In this document: positions 19,086-26,756 of the stretch, piece by piece
Numbering within the stretch: position 1 is the stretch's first letter
How the letters are laid out: each line of letters opens with the position of its first letter
DNA from: a virus
Reading direction: 5' to 3' (one strand)
DNA length: 64,000 bases
IMG/VR virus record: IMGVR_UViG_3300017990_000016
Notes under the pieces: model-generated
What the model was told of the DNA's origin: nothing
Databases searched by the model: none
What the model saw: the letters and a program-made list of their open reading frames with translations, nothing else
Program-made: the position numbers and the translations under genes

Positions 19086-19946
19086 TTAATTAATAGAAAG
19101 AAGAAGATATACAGGATAATGTGTGCTTAATACCTTCTTCAGGTCATTATCTATATCATTTTCTCTAATATAGTTATGAACACCATAATCTGCAATATCT
19201 GCTCTCATATGTTCAGGAGTAATTATCCTATCATAAGCACATTCTTCGCTAGTAGTTAATGTATCTTCGTCTATGAGCCAAAGGTATTCTTCTAATTCTT
19301 GCGTATTATAATAATAACAACCTGCATACATATTGCCCATTATAATTATGTTTTCATTGTCAAATTCTTTTATGAAATATTCAAATACTTCTTCTAGTGC
19401 TTTTATTTCTTCTGTAGCGTCAGTAGGATTTAGATGAACTTGAACAATTGTAAACGATATGTTTGTGCCTAAAATTTCAAAATTCATACCAAACGGATTT
19501 CTAAAGAATTTATTATTTTCATATATTCTTCTCGCTTTCCAATGCAAATAATGTTTATTGTATATGAAAACCATTGATTCGTCTTTAATATCTCTTTCTT
19601 CAAATTCCATATCTAGATTATATACTAAATCATATAATAGTTCTCTGTCGCCTTTATAATTTTGAATTGCAATAATATCATAGTCGAATATTAGATTTCT
19701 ATAGGCATTCAGCATTGCTGGTTTGTTATTATCATTACTATAACCATCAATATCAAAAGAACCTATTCTTAGCTTATCTGGCACATAATCAGGAATTACA
19801 ATTTCTGTTGTGTTAGTCGAATTTTCTTCTGTGCCATTAAACTTATCTTTTATTTTGTTGACTTCACCATCAACTTTATCAGCAGTTTCTTGACCGCAAC
19901 CAGTAATTAATAATAGTACAAGAATTAATGCCAATGTCCTCCCCAT
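19086..19946 (-). CDS. secreted endonuclease/exonuclease/phosphatase (DNase I-like, EEP) family lipoprotein
   Basis: Lipobox LLITGC. DIIAIQN (EEP motif DIxAxQE). C-terminal STHYPVYLLL matches the SDHxPV motif. Confidence 0.6.
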   Translation of the reverse strand: MGRTLALILVLLLITGCGQETADKVDGEVNKIKDKFNGTEENSTNTTEIVIPDYVPDKLRIGSFDIDGYSNDNNKPAMLNAYRNLIFDYDIIAIQNYKGDRELLYDLVYNLDMEFEERDIKDESMVFIYNKHYLHWKARRIYENNKFFRNPFGMNFEILGTNISFTIVQVHLNPTDATEEIKALEEVFEYFIKEFDNENIIIMGNMYAGCYYYNTQELEEYLWLIDEDTLTTSEECAYDRIITPEHMRADIADYGVHNYIRENDIDNDLKKVLSTHYPVYLLLSIN

Positions 19947-19960
19947 AATAAATGAATATT

Positions 19961-20434
19961 TTAATTGTTTATAAATTTTATTAATTCAACTATTACCCAT
20001 ATAAACAGTATAATAGAGATGATACTTAATACAATTGTGCCTATAGTAAAATCAAGGCCAAAAATATTAATCTTCTTCTTTATAGAATTTTCAAAAGACA
20101 TTATCCAAGGATTAACAATCTCAATCTCTAAAACTTTATATTCTGAGTTAATTGAATATGTTAGATTATAGAATCCGGGTTCTGTATTTCGCGGAACTTT
20201 CAGCTGATATTTTACTTCTGTCTGATTATTTACATAAGTTGCTTTCGTTCCATTTTTGAAAAATGCCCAATCATATGCTTTTTGTCCTGGCACTTGTATA
20301 AATGATACTCTTTCTACTGACTCATTAACTAACAATGTCATATCATAATATTTTGGAGTTAGTCTCAATTCTTCTGCGTATACAAAAGAAGAAGCCAATG
20401 CCAATAATATAAGAATTAAAATTGTACGTTTCAT
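19961..20434 (-). CDS. secreted protein with C-terminal TM anchor
   Basis: Signal peptide MKRTILILILLALASSFVYA. C-terminal helix IVLSIISIILFIWVIVELI. Confidence 0.5.
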   Translation of the reverse strand: MKRTILILILLALASSFVYAEELRLTPKYYDMTLLVNESVERVSFIQVPGQKAYDWAFFKNGTKATYVNNQTEVKYQLKVPRNTEPGFYNLTYSINSEYKVLEIEIVNPWIMSFENSIKKKINIFGLDFTIGTIVLSIISIILFIWVIVELIKFINN

Positions 20435-20471
20435 GGTATTAGTAAGTTAATCGGATATAAAAAAGTTATTA

Positions 20472-20505
20472 GGGAGGGCTTAGAAACCCGAGGGGGTGCC
20501 CTCCC
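20472..20505 (-). terminator. GC-rich hairpin followed (on minus strand) by U-rich tract; intrinsic-terminator-like
   Basis: GGGAGGGC...GCCCTCCC is a perfect 8-bp stem with an 18-nt loop. Minus-strand downstream sequence is UAAUAACUUUUUUAU. Sits between two minus-strand genes. Confidence 0.4.
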
Positions 20506-20568
20506 GATATGGGAGGTAAAAAGATTTATATATAAAGTGTATAATTTATTGGTTTTTAAATTTTTCCC

Positions 20569-20919
20569 CTATGCAGTTACTTTCTTTTGGAAAATAATTG
20601 TCAATACCAATGCTATGGCAGTAGCACCAATAAGTTCAGGGGCTATGTCCAATAAGGCTGTTACACCCATAATACTCCCATAGATATACCCAAACACGGA
20701 GGCAATGAGTATCAATCCGAAAATTGAGTAAAAAACTATTAGAGGAGTATTCTTTCTGATTCCAGTATAAATTATTAGACCAAATAAGGTTATTCCAATA
20801 AATTCAGGGAATATATCAGTTACGATACCATTATCACTAAAAAGAAAATATGTTGTTAAAGAAATAGCTAGTATAATCCATAATGCTATACTTATTCCCA
20901 TTGTTATCTTTTTATTCAT
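20569..20919 (-). CDS. multi-TM small membrane protein (first of a ~11-gene membrane operon)
   Basis: 116 aa with 3-4 hydrophobic helices. Confidence 0.45.
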   Translation of the reverse strand: MNKKITMGISIALWIILAISLTTYFLFSDNGIVTDIFPEFIGITLFGLIIYTGIRKNTPLIVFYSIFGLILIASVFGYIYGSIMGVTALLDIAPELIGATAIALVLTIIFQKKVTA

Positions 20920-20949
20920 TTCTTTTTCTTGTGTTTCTTACAAGCCATT

Positions 20950-21213
20950 TTATTTACCTAAAAACTTCTTAATTCTATGTCTAAATATGAAACCTACTAT
21001 ACCTAAGATTACAATAGTGAAAGATGCGCCAAGGACATATTTGATTATTTCATCAACTACTATTTGCCATCCATACCTAATAATTGAGATTACTAAGAAA
21101 ATTACAAATACTGTTATTGCTACTAAAACAGTTGTCGTGATAACTTTGAAATTTTTCTGTTTTGCCATTTTAATCTGCCCATTTAAGTGGTTTTGGTAAC
21201 ACTGCAAATACAA
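20950..21213 (-). CDS. small membrane protein
   Basis: Two TM helices. Likely start is MAKQKNF. Confidence 0.4.
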   Translation of the reverse strand: MYLQCYQNHLNGQIKMAKQKNFKVITTTVLVAITVFVIFLVISIIRYGWQIVVDEIIKYVLGASFTIVILGIVGFIFRHRIKKFLGK

Positions 21214-21427
21214 TATGTATTATTGTATCTCCTATGAATATAAACAATGCATAAAATAGGAATAGGTAAATCCAAGCACCTGTAACTCCATCAACTACTA
21301 GTTTTTCTATTCCCCAAATATCTGTAAGATAATGAGTAAAAAATACCCATCCTGTAAGTAGTAAATAGTGTACGTAATTTTGCCATTTTAATAAATTTTC
21401 GTATGTACTCATCTTTTCACCTTTCAA
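21170..21427 (-). CDS. small membrane protein
   Basis: 85 aa with two aromatic-rich TM helices. Confidence 0.4.
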   Translation of the reverse strand: MKGEKMSTYENLLKWQNYVHYLLLTGWVFFTHYLTDIWGIEKLVVDGVTGAWIYLFLFYALFIFIGDTIIHIVFAVLPKPLKWAD

Positions 21428-21462
21428 AAAATAAAAAAATAAAAAAAATAAATTAGTTCTGT

Positions 21463-21819
21463 TTATTTGTTGAGCATGTTAAATAATGCACTGATTGCAA
21501 CAACTACTGCAACCGGAACAGAAACTTGAGCTAATGCACCAGCCATAGATGCTAGTACTTCACCAATTACGGGAAGCATTGCAAAAACAGCAGAACCTGC
21601 TCCAAGGACAAGAGATGCAACCATTACTGGCACATACTCTTTCTGAGCAATGTTCATCAATCCGACAATTATACCAGCAATTACTAGTATTGTTGTCATT
21701 ATAGCTCCAGTTTCAAACACGCCCAACCCTGCCAGTAGCCCTAGTATTAGGGAACCGAACACAGCAATTATGTATGCTAATGCTCCAAGGTTGAACATCT
21801 TTGCCATTTTATCACCCAT
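21463..21819 (-). CDS. Gly/Ala-zipper multi-TM membrane protein
   Basis: 118 aa with G/A-rich helices (GxxxG-like). Confidence 0.45.
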   Translation of the reverse strand: MGDKMAKMFNLGALAYIIAVFGSLILGLLAGLGVFETGAIMTTILVIAGIIVGLMNIAQKEYVPVMVASLVLGAGSAVFAMLPVIGEVLASMAGALAQVSVPVAVVVAISALFNMLNK

Positions 21820-21841
21820 TTGAGTTTATGTCATATGACTA

Positions 21842-22249
21842 TTATATTTCACAACTTACTTCTGTTGATGTACATGTCCAATCTCCATCCATAGTTGAAC
21901 ACATAACTTTTAAAGCTTGAACTTCTGCCGATGAACACATTGTAACATGGTCCCATGATGTTATATCGTAACAACCTGCTTTATCTTCTTCGCAAAAATA
22001 ATCCCCACCAGCCGCCTGACATTGATGCTCTTTTACGAAGAAATATTCTGGATAATTTTTTGTATATGTTGAACATACATCTATTGAAAAACTATCATCT
22101 TCTTCATTAAGAACTATGCCTTTTTCATCTTGTCCGGCTACATTAAGTTGAACTATACCTGTAAACGATAGTATTGCAAAAATAGCAATTATAAAAATTA
22201 GAAATATTGCAATTCCTCCCCAAATGTTTGTTTCTTGTTTTTTAGTCAT
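21842..22249 (-). CDS. membrane-anchored Cys-rich protein
   Basis: N-terminal TM, then an ectodomain with about 10 Cys. Confidence 0.45.
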   Translation of the reverse strand: MTKKQETNIWGGIAIFLIFIIAIFAILSFTGIVQLNVAGQDEKGIVLNEEDDSFSIDVCSTYTKNYPEYFFVKEHQCQAAGGDYFCEEDKAGCYDITSWDHVTMCSSAEVQALKVMCSTMDGDWTCTSTEVSCEI

Positions 22250-22250
22250 T

Positions 22251-22688
22251 TTAGCCTGCCACCCAAGTATCCAATGCGATTACAATGATTGCAAGAAGTG
22301 ATATGATAGTTTTTATTCCATTTACAACAGGAACTGATTGAAGAGGTTGAAATGCCTGAATTGGAAATATAAAAATACCAACAATGATAGAAACAACACC
22401 GACGATTACTGTCAAGACTTTAGTTATTTCTTTGTTGCTTAATCCATCTTCAAAATATTGTATAAAGAATCTTATTCCGCCTATTGCAGATAATGCAGCT
22501 CCTATTATAATAAATAGTGCACCATCAACCCAACCTCGTATATCTATAAGGAATATTGAATTAATGAATATTGCAAAGAATCCTAGAATACTGACAATAG
22601 CTAAGTAATCTTTAAATTCAAATTTCTTCAGTAAGCTTTGAACCATTTTATTTCCAGCCAAATAAGTTTCTTGCGACCCATCCACCAA
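22251..22688 (-). CDS. multi-TM membrane protein
   Basis: 145 aa with 4 predicted TM helices. Confidence 0.45.
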   Translation of the reverse strand: MVDGSQETYLAGNKMVQSLLKKFEFKDYLAIVSILGFFAIFINSIFLIDIRGWVDGALFIIIGAALSAIGGIRFFIQYFEDGLSNKEITKVLTVIVGVVSIIVGIFIFPIQAFQPLQSVPVVNGIKTIISLLAIIVIALDTWVAG

Positions 22689-22869
22689 TAAATATTAATG
22701 AAACTATATATATAATAAACAATAGCCACATTATTGCTGGTTGAGCAAAACTAATTCCTAATAGTAAAAGGAATATATATACTAACAATGTAAGTAATGA
22801 TGAGATAATATTGGCCAGAATAAATTTCAAACCTGTCCAAAGTGTTGCTCCAAATTCATTTTTTGCCAT
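22648..22869 (-). CDS. small two-TM membrane protein
   Basis: 73 aa. Confidence 0.4.
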   Translation of the reverse strand: MAKNEFGATLWTGLKFILANIISSLLTLLVYIFLLLLGISFAQPAIMWLLFIIYIVSLIFIGGWVARNLFGWK

Positions 22870-23071
22870 TTAACACACCATACCCGAATATTCCTGCTAT
22901 AAATATAATGATTATTCCAATTATTATTTGCCATAATGGTGAAAATGCCGGGAAAAAAGACATTATTCCATTCAAAACAAATATAAAACCAGCAGCCGCC
23001 AAAGCTACCATAAGTATTGTAAAAATACTGGTCAACAATCTAAAATTATCTTTTGGCATTTTATTTTTCAT
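22856..23071 (-). CDS. small two-TM membrane protein
   Basis: 71 aa. Confidence 0.4.
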   Translation of the reverse strand: MKNKMPKDNFRLLTSIFTILMVALAAAGFIFVLNGIMSFFPAFSPLWQIIIGIIIIFIAGIFGYGVLNGKK

Positions 23072-23113
23072 AGCATTTGCTCATATATAAACCTTTTTTA
23101 TACATAAATTGAA

Positions 23114-23416
23114 TTAAAAATCTAAATCTTCCATTTGTGGTTGCGGCTTTTTTGCAGTCTTTGATAAAAATTTGTTATCTTTGTACCTGGAATTCTCTTC
23201 TTCTAATAATCTTATCCTGTTTTGAAGTTGTAGATTTGTGTTGTTTATATCTTCTAGTTTAGCTTCATAAACCTGTTTCAATTCATCTGAAATCTTCTTA
23301 CGAGTTGGAAGCTTATATAATCTGATTGCAAAAATTACTATAAGAACAAATGCAATTAAGATAATTCCAAGTCCTGCCCAAACTTGCCAATTAGGTATTT
23401 CCATCTTGACCACCAA
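23114..23416 (-). CDS. TM + coiled-coil protein
   Basis: N-terminal helix, then a charged coiled coil. Confidence 0.45.
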   Translation of the reverse strand: MVVKMEIPNWQVWAGLGIILIAFVLIVIFAIRLYKLPTRKKISDELKQVYEAKLEDINNTNLQLQNRIRLLEEENSRYKDNKFLSKTAKKPQPQMEDLDF

Positions 23417-23801
23417 CTAATTTTTCATTTTGATTTACATAATGTTCATACTTCTGAAAATCAATAGAACTGAACCACTTTTCATCCTCATCATTAAGTA
23501 TTATTTTATTCAAATATTTTTTTCTTATTTTCTTTTCTATATCTTTCAATTCTTTCTTGAATGTTGTTGCATGTTCTTTAAGCTCATTATTCTTAGACCT
23601 TAGATTTTTTACATTCTTCAATTTTTCAGTAAACAGCTTTTTTTGTTCATCAGTTTCAGCTTCATCTAAATTGACTAGCATTTTTCTATTGTACTTTTTT
23701 ATCTTATCTGCTCTTTTACAGACTATATTATATATATCATCAATCTTGTGATATAATGTTATTATCCTCAATCTCGTTCTCGCTATCGTCTCGTTTTCCA
23801 C
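23391..23801 (-). CDS. basic coiled-coil protein
   Basis: 136 aa, K-rich. Confidence 0.45.
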   Translation of the reverse strand: MENETIARTRLRIITLYHKIDDIYNIVCKRADKIKKYNRKMLVNLDEAETDEQKKLFTEKLKNVKNLRSKNNELKEHATTFKKELKDIEKKIRKKYLNKIILNDEDEKWFSSIDFQKYEHYVNQNEKLVGGQDGNT

Positions 23802-24018
23802 TTTTCAACACCCTGTGATATTTTCCTTGTATATAAAATGCAACCATCAATAATATGAATGAAAGTAATAGTCCAACTGAAGCAAATAAAAAGAACCATA
23901 ATTGGTTCTTAAAAATAGATGTAATATAAACTACAAAAAAGCATATAAAAGAAACACTTAACAATATGTATATGCCTTTAAGCAATATCCTCAAAGAGAT
24001 TCCATTCGTCTTCATCAT
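23740..24018 (-). CDS. small two-TM membrane protein
   Basis: 92 aa. Confidence 0.4.
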   Translation of the reverse strand: MMKTNGISLRILLKGIYILLSVSFICFFVVYITSIFKNQLWFFLFASVGLLLSFILLMVAFYIQGKYHRVLKSGKRDDSENEIEDNNIISQD

Positions 24019-24688
24019 GTTCTATCATTATGTAAAAGTCATTTGCCAAATCAACAGCAAATTTCTTATCATATTTTTCTCCCCTTGAAATCCAAGGTAC
24101 TATAGCTATACAATGTCTATGTTCAAGTGAGCATGATAATTGACTTTTTATACCTACAGTATTCAGCATTGCAACATACATGTTAGCCAAATTATCACAA
24201 TCACCACCATTATGGTATGTATACAAAGGTGAGTATATAGCTCTATGATAGCTGTTTGGCACATATCTAACTTTTTCTCTTAGTCTGTTATACAATTCTA
24301 AAGAATAACAATCACTATCATCACCGTGACAAGGTTTTGTAAGTTTAATTGTTAAATCTCTTATATCATCTGCTTCTTGTCTGTTAATAGGAGCATAAGT
24401 ATTTTTTGTAAGTTCAGTAACCATAAAATTAGGACCAACAATAAAAAATAAAACAATAGCTGCTATACCTACAGCAGCTAGAAAATTCATTATGACTGCA
24501 TTTATTATACTAAAGATACTTTCTATTGTAGTAGGTTTTTCTTCATGTCCACATTTATTGCATTTATATTTTATCAAATTTACTTTCAAGTTCATATTTC
24601 TTGCCTCTAAAACTTTTATTTGGTTTCCATAATACTGTACGCCCTTTTTCTCCTTTCGGTTTAGGTGGTATTTCTTGTAAATTGGCAT
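23978..24688 (-). CDS. membrane-anchored transglutaminase-like cysteine protease superfamily protein with N-terminal Zn ribbon
   Basis: CNKCGHEE, then a TM. GGDCDNLANMYVAMLNTVGIKSQLSCSLEHRHCIAIVPW matches the TGase-like core (G-x-C...A-x-L...GI...H...V). Start may be an internal Met. Confidence 0.5.
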   Translation of the reverse strand: MPIYKKYHLNRKEKKGVQYYGNQIKVLEARNMNLKVNLIKYKCNKCGHEEKPTTIESIFSIINAVIMNFLAAVGIAAIVLFFIVGPNFMVTELTKNTYAPINRQEADDIRDLTIKLTKPCHGDDSDCYSLELYNRLREKVRYVPNSYHRAIYSPLYTYHNGGDCDNLANMYVAMLNTVGIKSQLSCSLEHRHCIAIVPWISRGEKYDKKFAVDLANDFYIMIEHDEDEWNLFEDIA

Positions 24689-24705
24689 AGACTGTATCTA
24701 TATGT

Positions 24706-25176
24706 TTAAGATTCTTTGCTCCCATAATATAATACCCCCCTGTTTTTCTTATAACTATCAAATAATCTGTTAATATAATCTATCATTTCTTTTCTTGAAT
24801 TACAAAAAACAAATCTTACTCCATATTTCAATTCAAGAGTGTGACAAATCTTTAGTACTGTCTCTCCTTTAGTTTTGCACTTAGTTACTAACCAAGTGAA
24901 GTCTCTTACTGTTGTATATGAGCATTCTATTAAAATATATAAAAGTATCTTATTGTCTATTGCTCTTTGAATTTCTTTTTTGAATCTTTTATGTCCGCTA
25001 GTTACAGTAGCAATTAAATCTTCGGGACTCTTACGCTCAACACTTATTTTTTGTAATTCACCATCAATTTCTAATCCATAATCTCCGACATTCAGTTTTT
25101 TGTATTTTCTTGTTTTTGAAGTTCCTACTGAAAGTGGCAATTGCTCTCTAGTATCAACTATATATTTTATTGTCAT
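24706..25176 (-). CDS. ERCC4/XPF-Mus81-Hef-type nuclease domain protein
   Basis: VDTREQ...VGDYGL...ERKSPEDLIATVTSG matches the ERCC4 nuclease signature (ERKxxxD). Confidence 0.55.
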   Translation of the reverse strand: MTIKYIVDTREQLPLSVGTSKTRKYKKLNVGDYGLEIDGELQKISVERKSPEDLIATVTSGHKRFKKEIQRAIDNKILLYILIECSYTTVRDFTWLVTKCKTKGETVLKICHTLELKYGVRFVFCNSRKEMIDYINRLFDSYKKNRGVLYYGSKES

Positions 25177-25584
25177 TTAATCAGCCTCAAAATATTGTGG
25201 ATAAAATATTTTTGCCCAATGAATATGATGACTATTTTTTAAATTATTTATTTTCACTTTCTCCCACTTAACTTTTTTCCAAATTATTTGATTTCCAATT
25301 CTTATTACAAAAACATAAATTGGAATTTTGTTCTTTTTTACTGAATGCAAAAATAGTCCAATATGATTATCAGTATCAATGACAAATCTACCAAATTGAA
25401 CATTTTTTCTATTTTTATTACACGAATTTGCGCATTTGCAACTTTTTACCTCAATCAAATATCTTTTTGATTCAAGGTCATATTCGTCATTTTCTGAATA
25501 CCAAGCTTTAAAAAATTTCTTGACAAAATTTTCTGCCTTCAATCCGTTCTCTTTTCTGGTTTTCTGTAAATAATCAGTCATCAT
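25177..25584 (-). CDS. PD-(D/E)xK nuclease, Hjc-like Holliday-junction resolvase candidate
   Basis: GLKAENFV...DEYDL...YLIEVKSCK resembles the Hjc pattern (E...D...E-x-K). Confidence 0.4.
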   Translation of the reverse strand: MMTDYLQKTRKENGLKAENFVKKFFKAWYSENDEYDLESKRYLIEVKSCKCANSCNKNRKNVQFGRFVIDTDNHIGLFLHSVKKNKIPIYVFVIRIGNQIIWKKVKWEKVKINNLKNSHHIHWAKIFYPQYFEAD

Positions 25585-25786
25585 AAAATTCTGGTTTATG
25601 TCTTTTTATAAATCTATGTAATCTTTTCCCTTCACTTCCTCTCAGACTTCTAGATACATCTGACGGATAACCCATATGCTTAAGTGTATTATATATAGCC
25701 CTTCTCATTTCATTATTGTGTGCCATTCTCATACCTCCTGTCAAAGTACAAATTTGCAGTACCAAAATATTTACATTTACCATCAC
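25574..25786 (-). CDS. hypothetical small basic protein
   Basis: 70 aa. Overlaps the primase 3' end. Confidence 0.3.
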   Translation of the reverse strand: MMVNVNILVLQICTLTGGMRMAHNNEMRRAIYNTLKHMGYPSDVSRSLRGSEGKRLHRFIKRHKPEFYDD

Positions 25787-26756
25787 ACAATCCTTCTAAA
25801 TAAAGTGCTTCGCATTTTGGAAATACTAAATCTCTATTATACACATAATCCATAACCTTAACTTTGAGCCAATGTCGATAATTATTTTTTAGACCATCTG
25901 TTCTTGGGTATCTTTCCCAATATTTTTTAGCTAACTCTCTTATTAGTTTCTTTGGAAATCCTTTTTCTTTCATCCAAACTGTAGCAAAAAATCTTGCTCT
26001 GTATACAGCTTTTTCTTTTTTAGTTAACCACCCTAATACACAAGGTGGAATACCTTTGCTGTTATACCTATATTCAATATCATCAGGAACTTCAACATCT
26101 TCACATCTAGGAGCTTCAATATCATAATTTTTCATATCAAGTCTTTCATTACCATATACATAGAATTTGAATTGTTGTGTTTTAGCTATCTCTTTTATAT
26201 GGTCTAAACCTTTATTTATATCTTCAATAGAAATTGGAATACAAAATAATTCTCTTGTCATATCATAACTACCAGGCAATCTTGCAACTCTGGCTGTATC
26301 ACCAATAATATGATAATCAATATCATTAATATGCGGGTCAACTACACCTTTTTCATTTTTCTTATTAAAAGTAAGTTTTGCTTTTTTAGCAATATCAATC
26401 TGTGCTAACCTCAATGCATATTTAGGGCTTTTTAATCCTGAACCATTTTTAGCTAATATATATGCCCAGAATCCGCCAGTTGAAAATATGAAAGTCCTTT
26501 TCAAGTCCTCTTTTTCACATACTTTATTTATTCTCTTTAATACTGAAATTGCATCTTTACTATCAATATCAAATGATATTAAATTAATATTTGTCTCATC
26601 AAACATTCCTTCTTCATTACATTTATATACTGAATAATATATTTTTGCTTTTAGCCCATTTACCGAATTGAATACTCTGTAAAACTCTTCTTTGTCTTTA
26701 CAAGTTCTTCTGAAAGGATAAGCAATTTGCCTGGGAAAAGTTCTTAGCAAAATCAT
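25713..26756 (-). CDS. archaeo-eukaryotic primase (AEP; PriS/PrimPol-like) with C-terminal Zn cluster
   Basis: Motif I LISFDIDS (DxD). Motif II FSTGGFWAY (sGxGxH-like). Motif III IIGDTARVARLPGSYD (D..R..R.PGS). C-terminal CEALYLEGLCDGKCKY. Confidence 0.65.
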   Translation of the reverse strand: MILLRTFPRQIAYPFRRTCKDKEEFYRVFNSVNGLKAKIYYSVYKCNEEGMFDETNINLISFDIDSKDAISVLKRINKVCEKEDLKRTFIFSTGGFWAYILAKNGSGLKSPKYALRLAQIDIAKKAKLTFNKKNEKGVVDPHINDIDYHIIGDTARVARLPGSYDMTRELFCIPISIEDINKGLDHIKEIAKTQQFKFYVYGNERLDMKNYDIEAPRCEDVEVPDDIEYRYNSKGIPPCVLGWLTKKEKAVYRARFFATVWMKEKGFPKKLIRELAKKYWERYPRTDGLKNNYRHWLKVKVMDYVYNRDLVFPKCEALYLEGLCDGKCKYFGTANLYFDRRYENGTQ

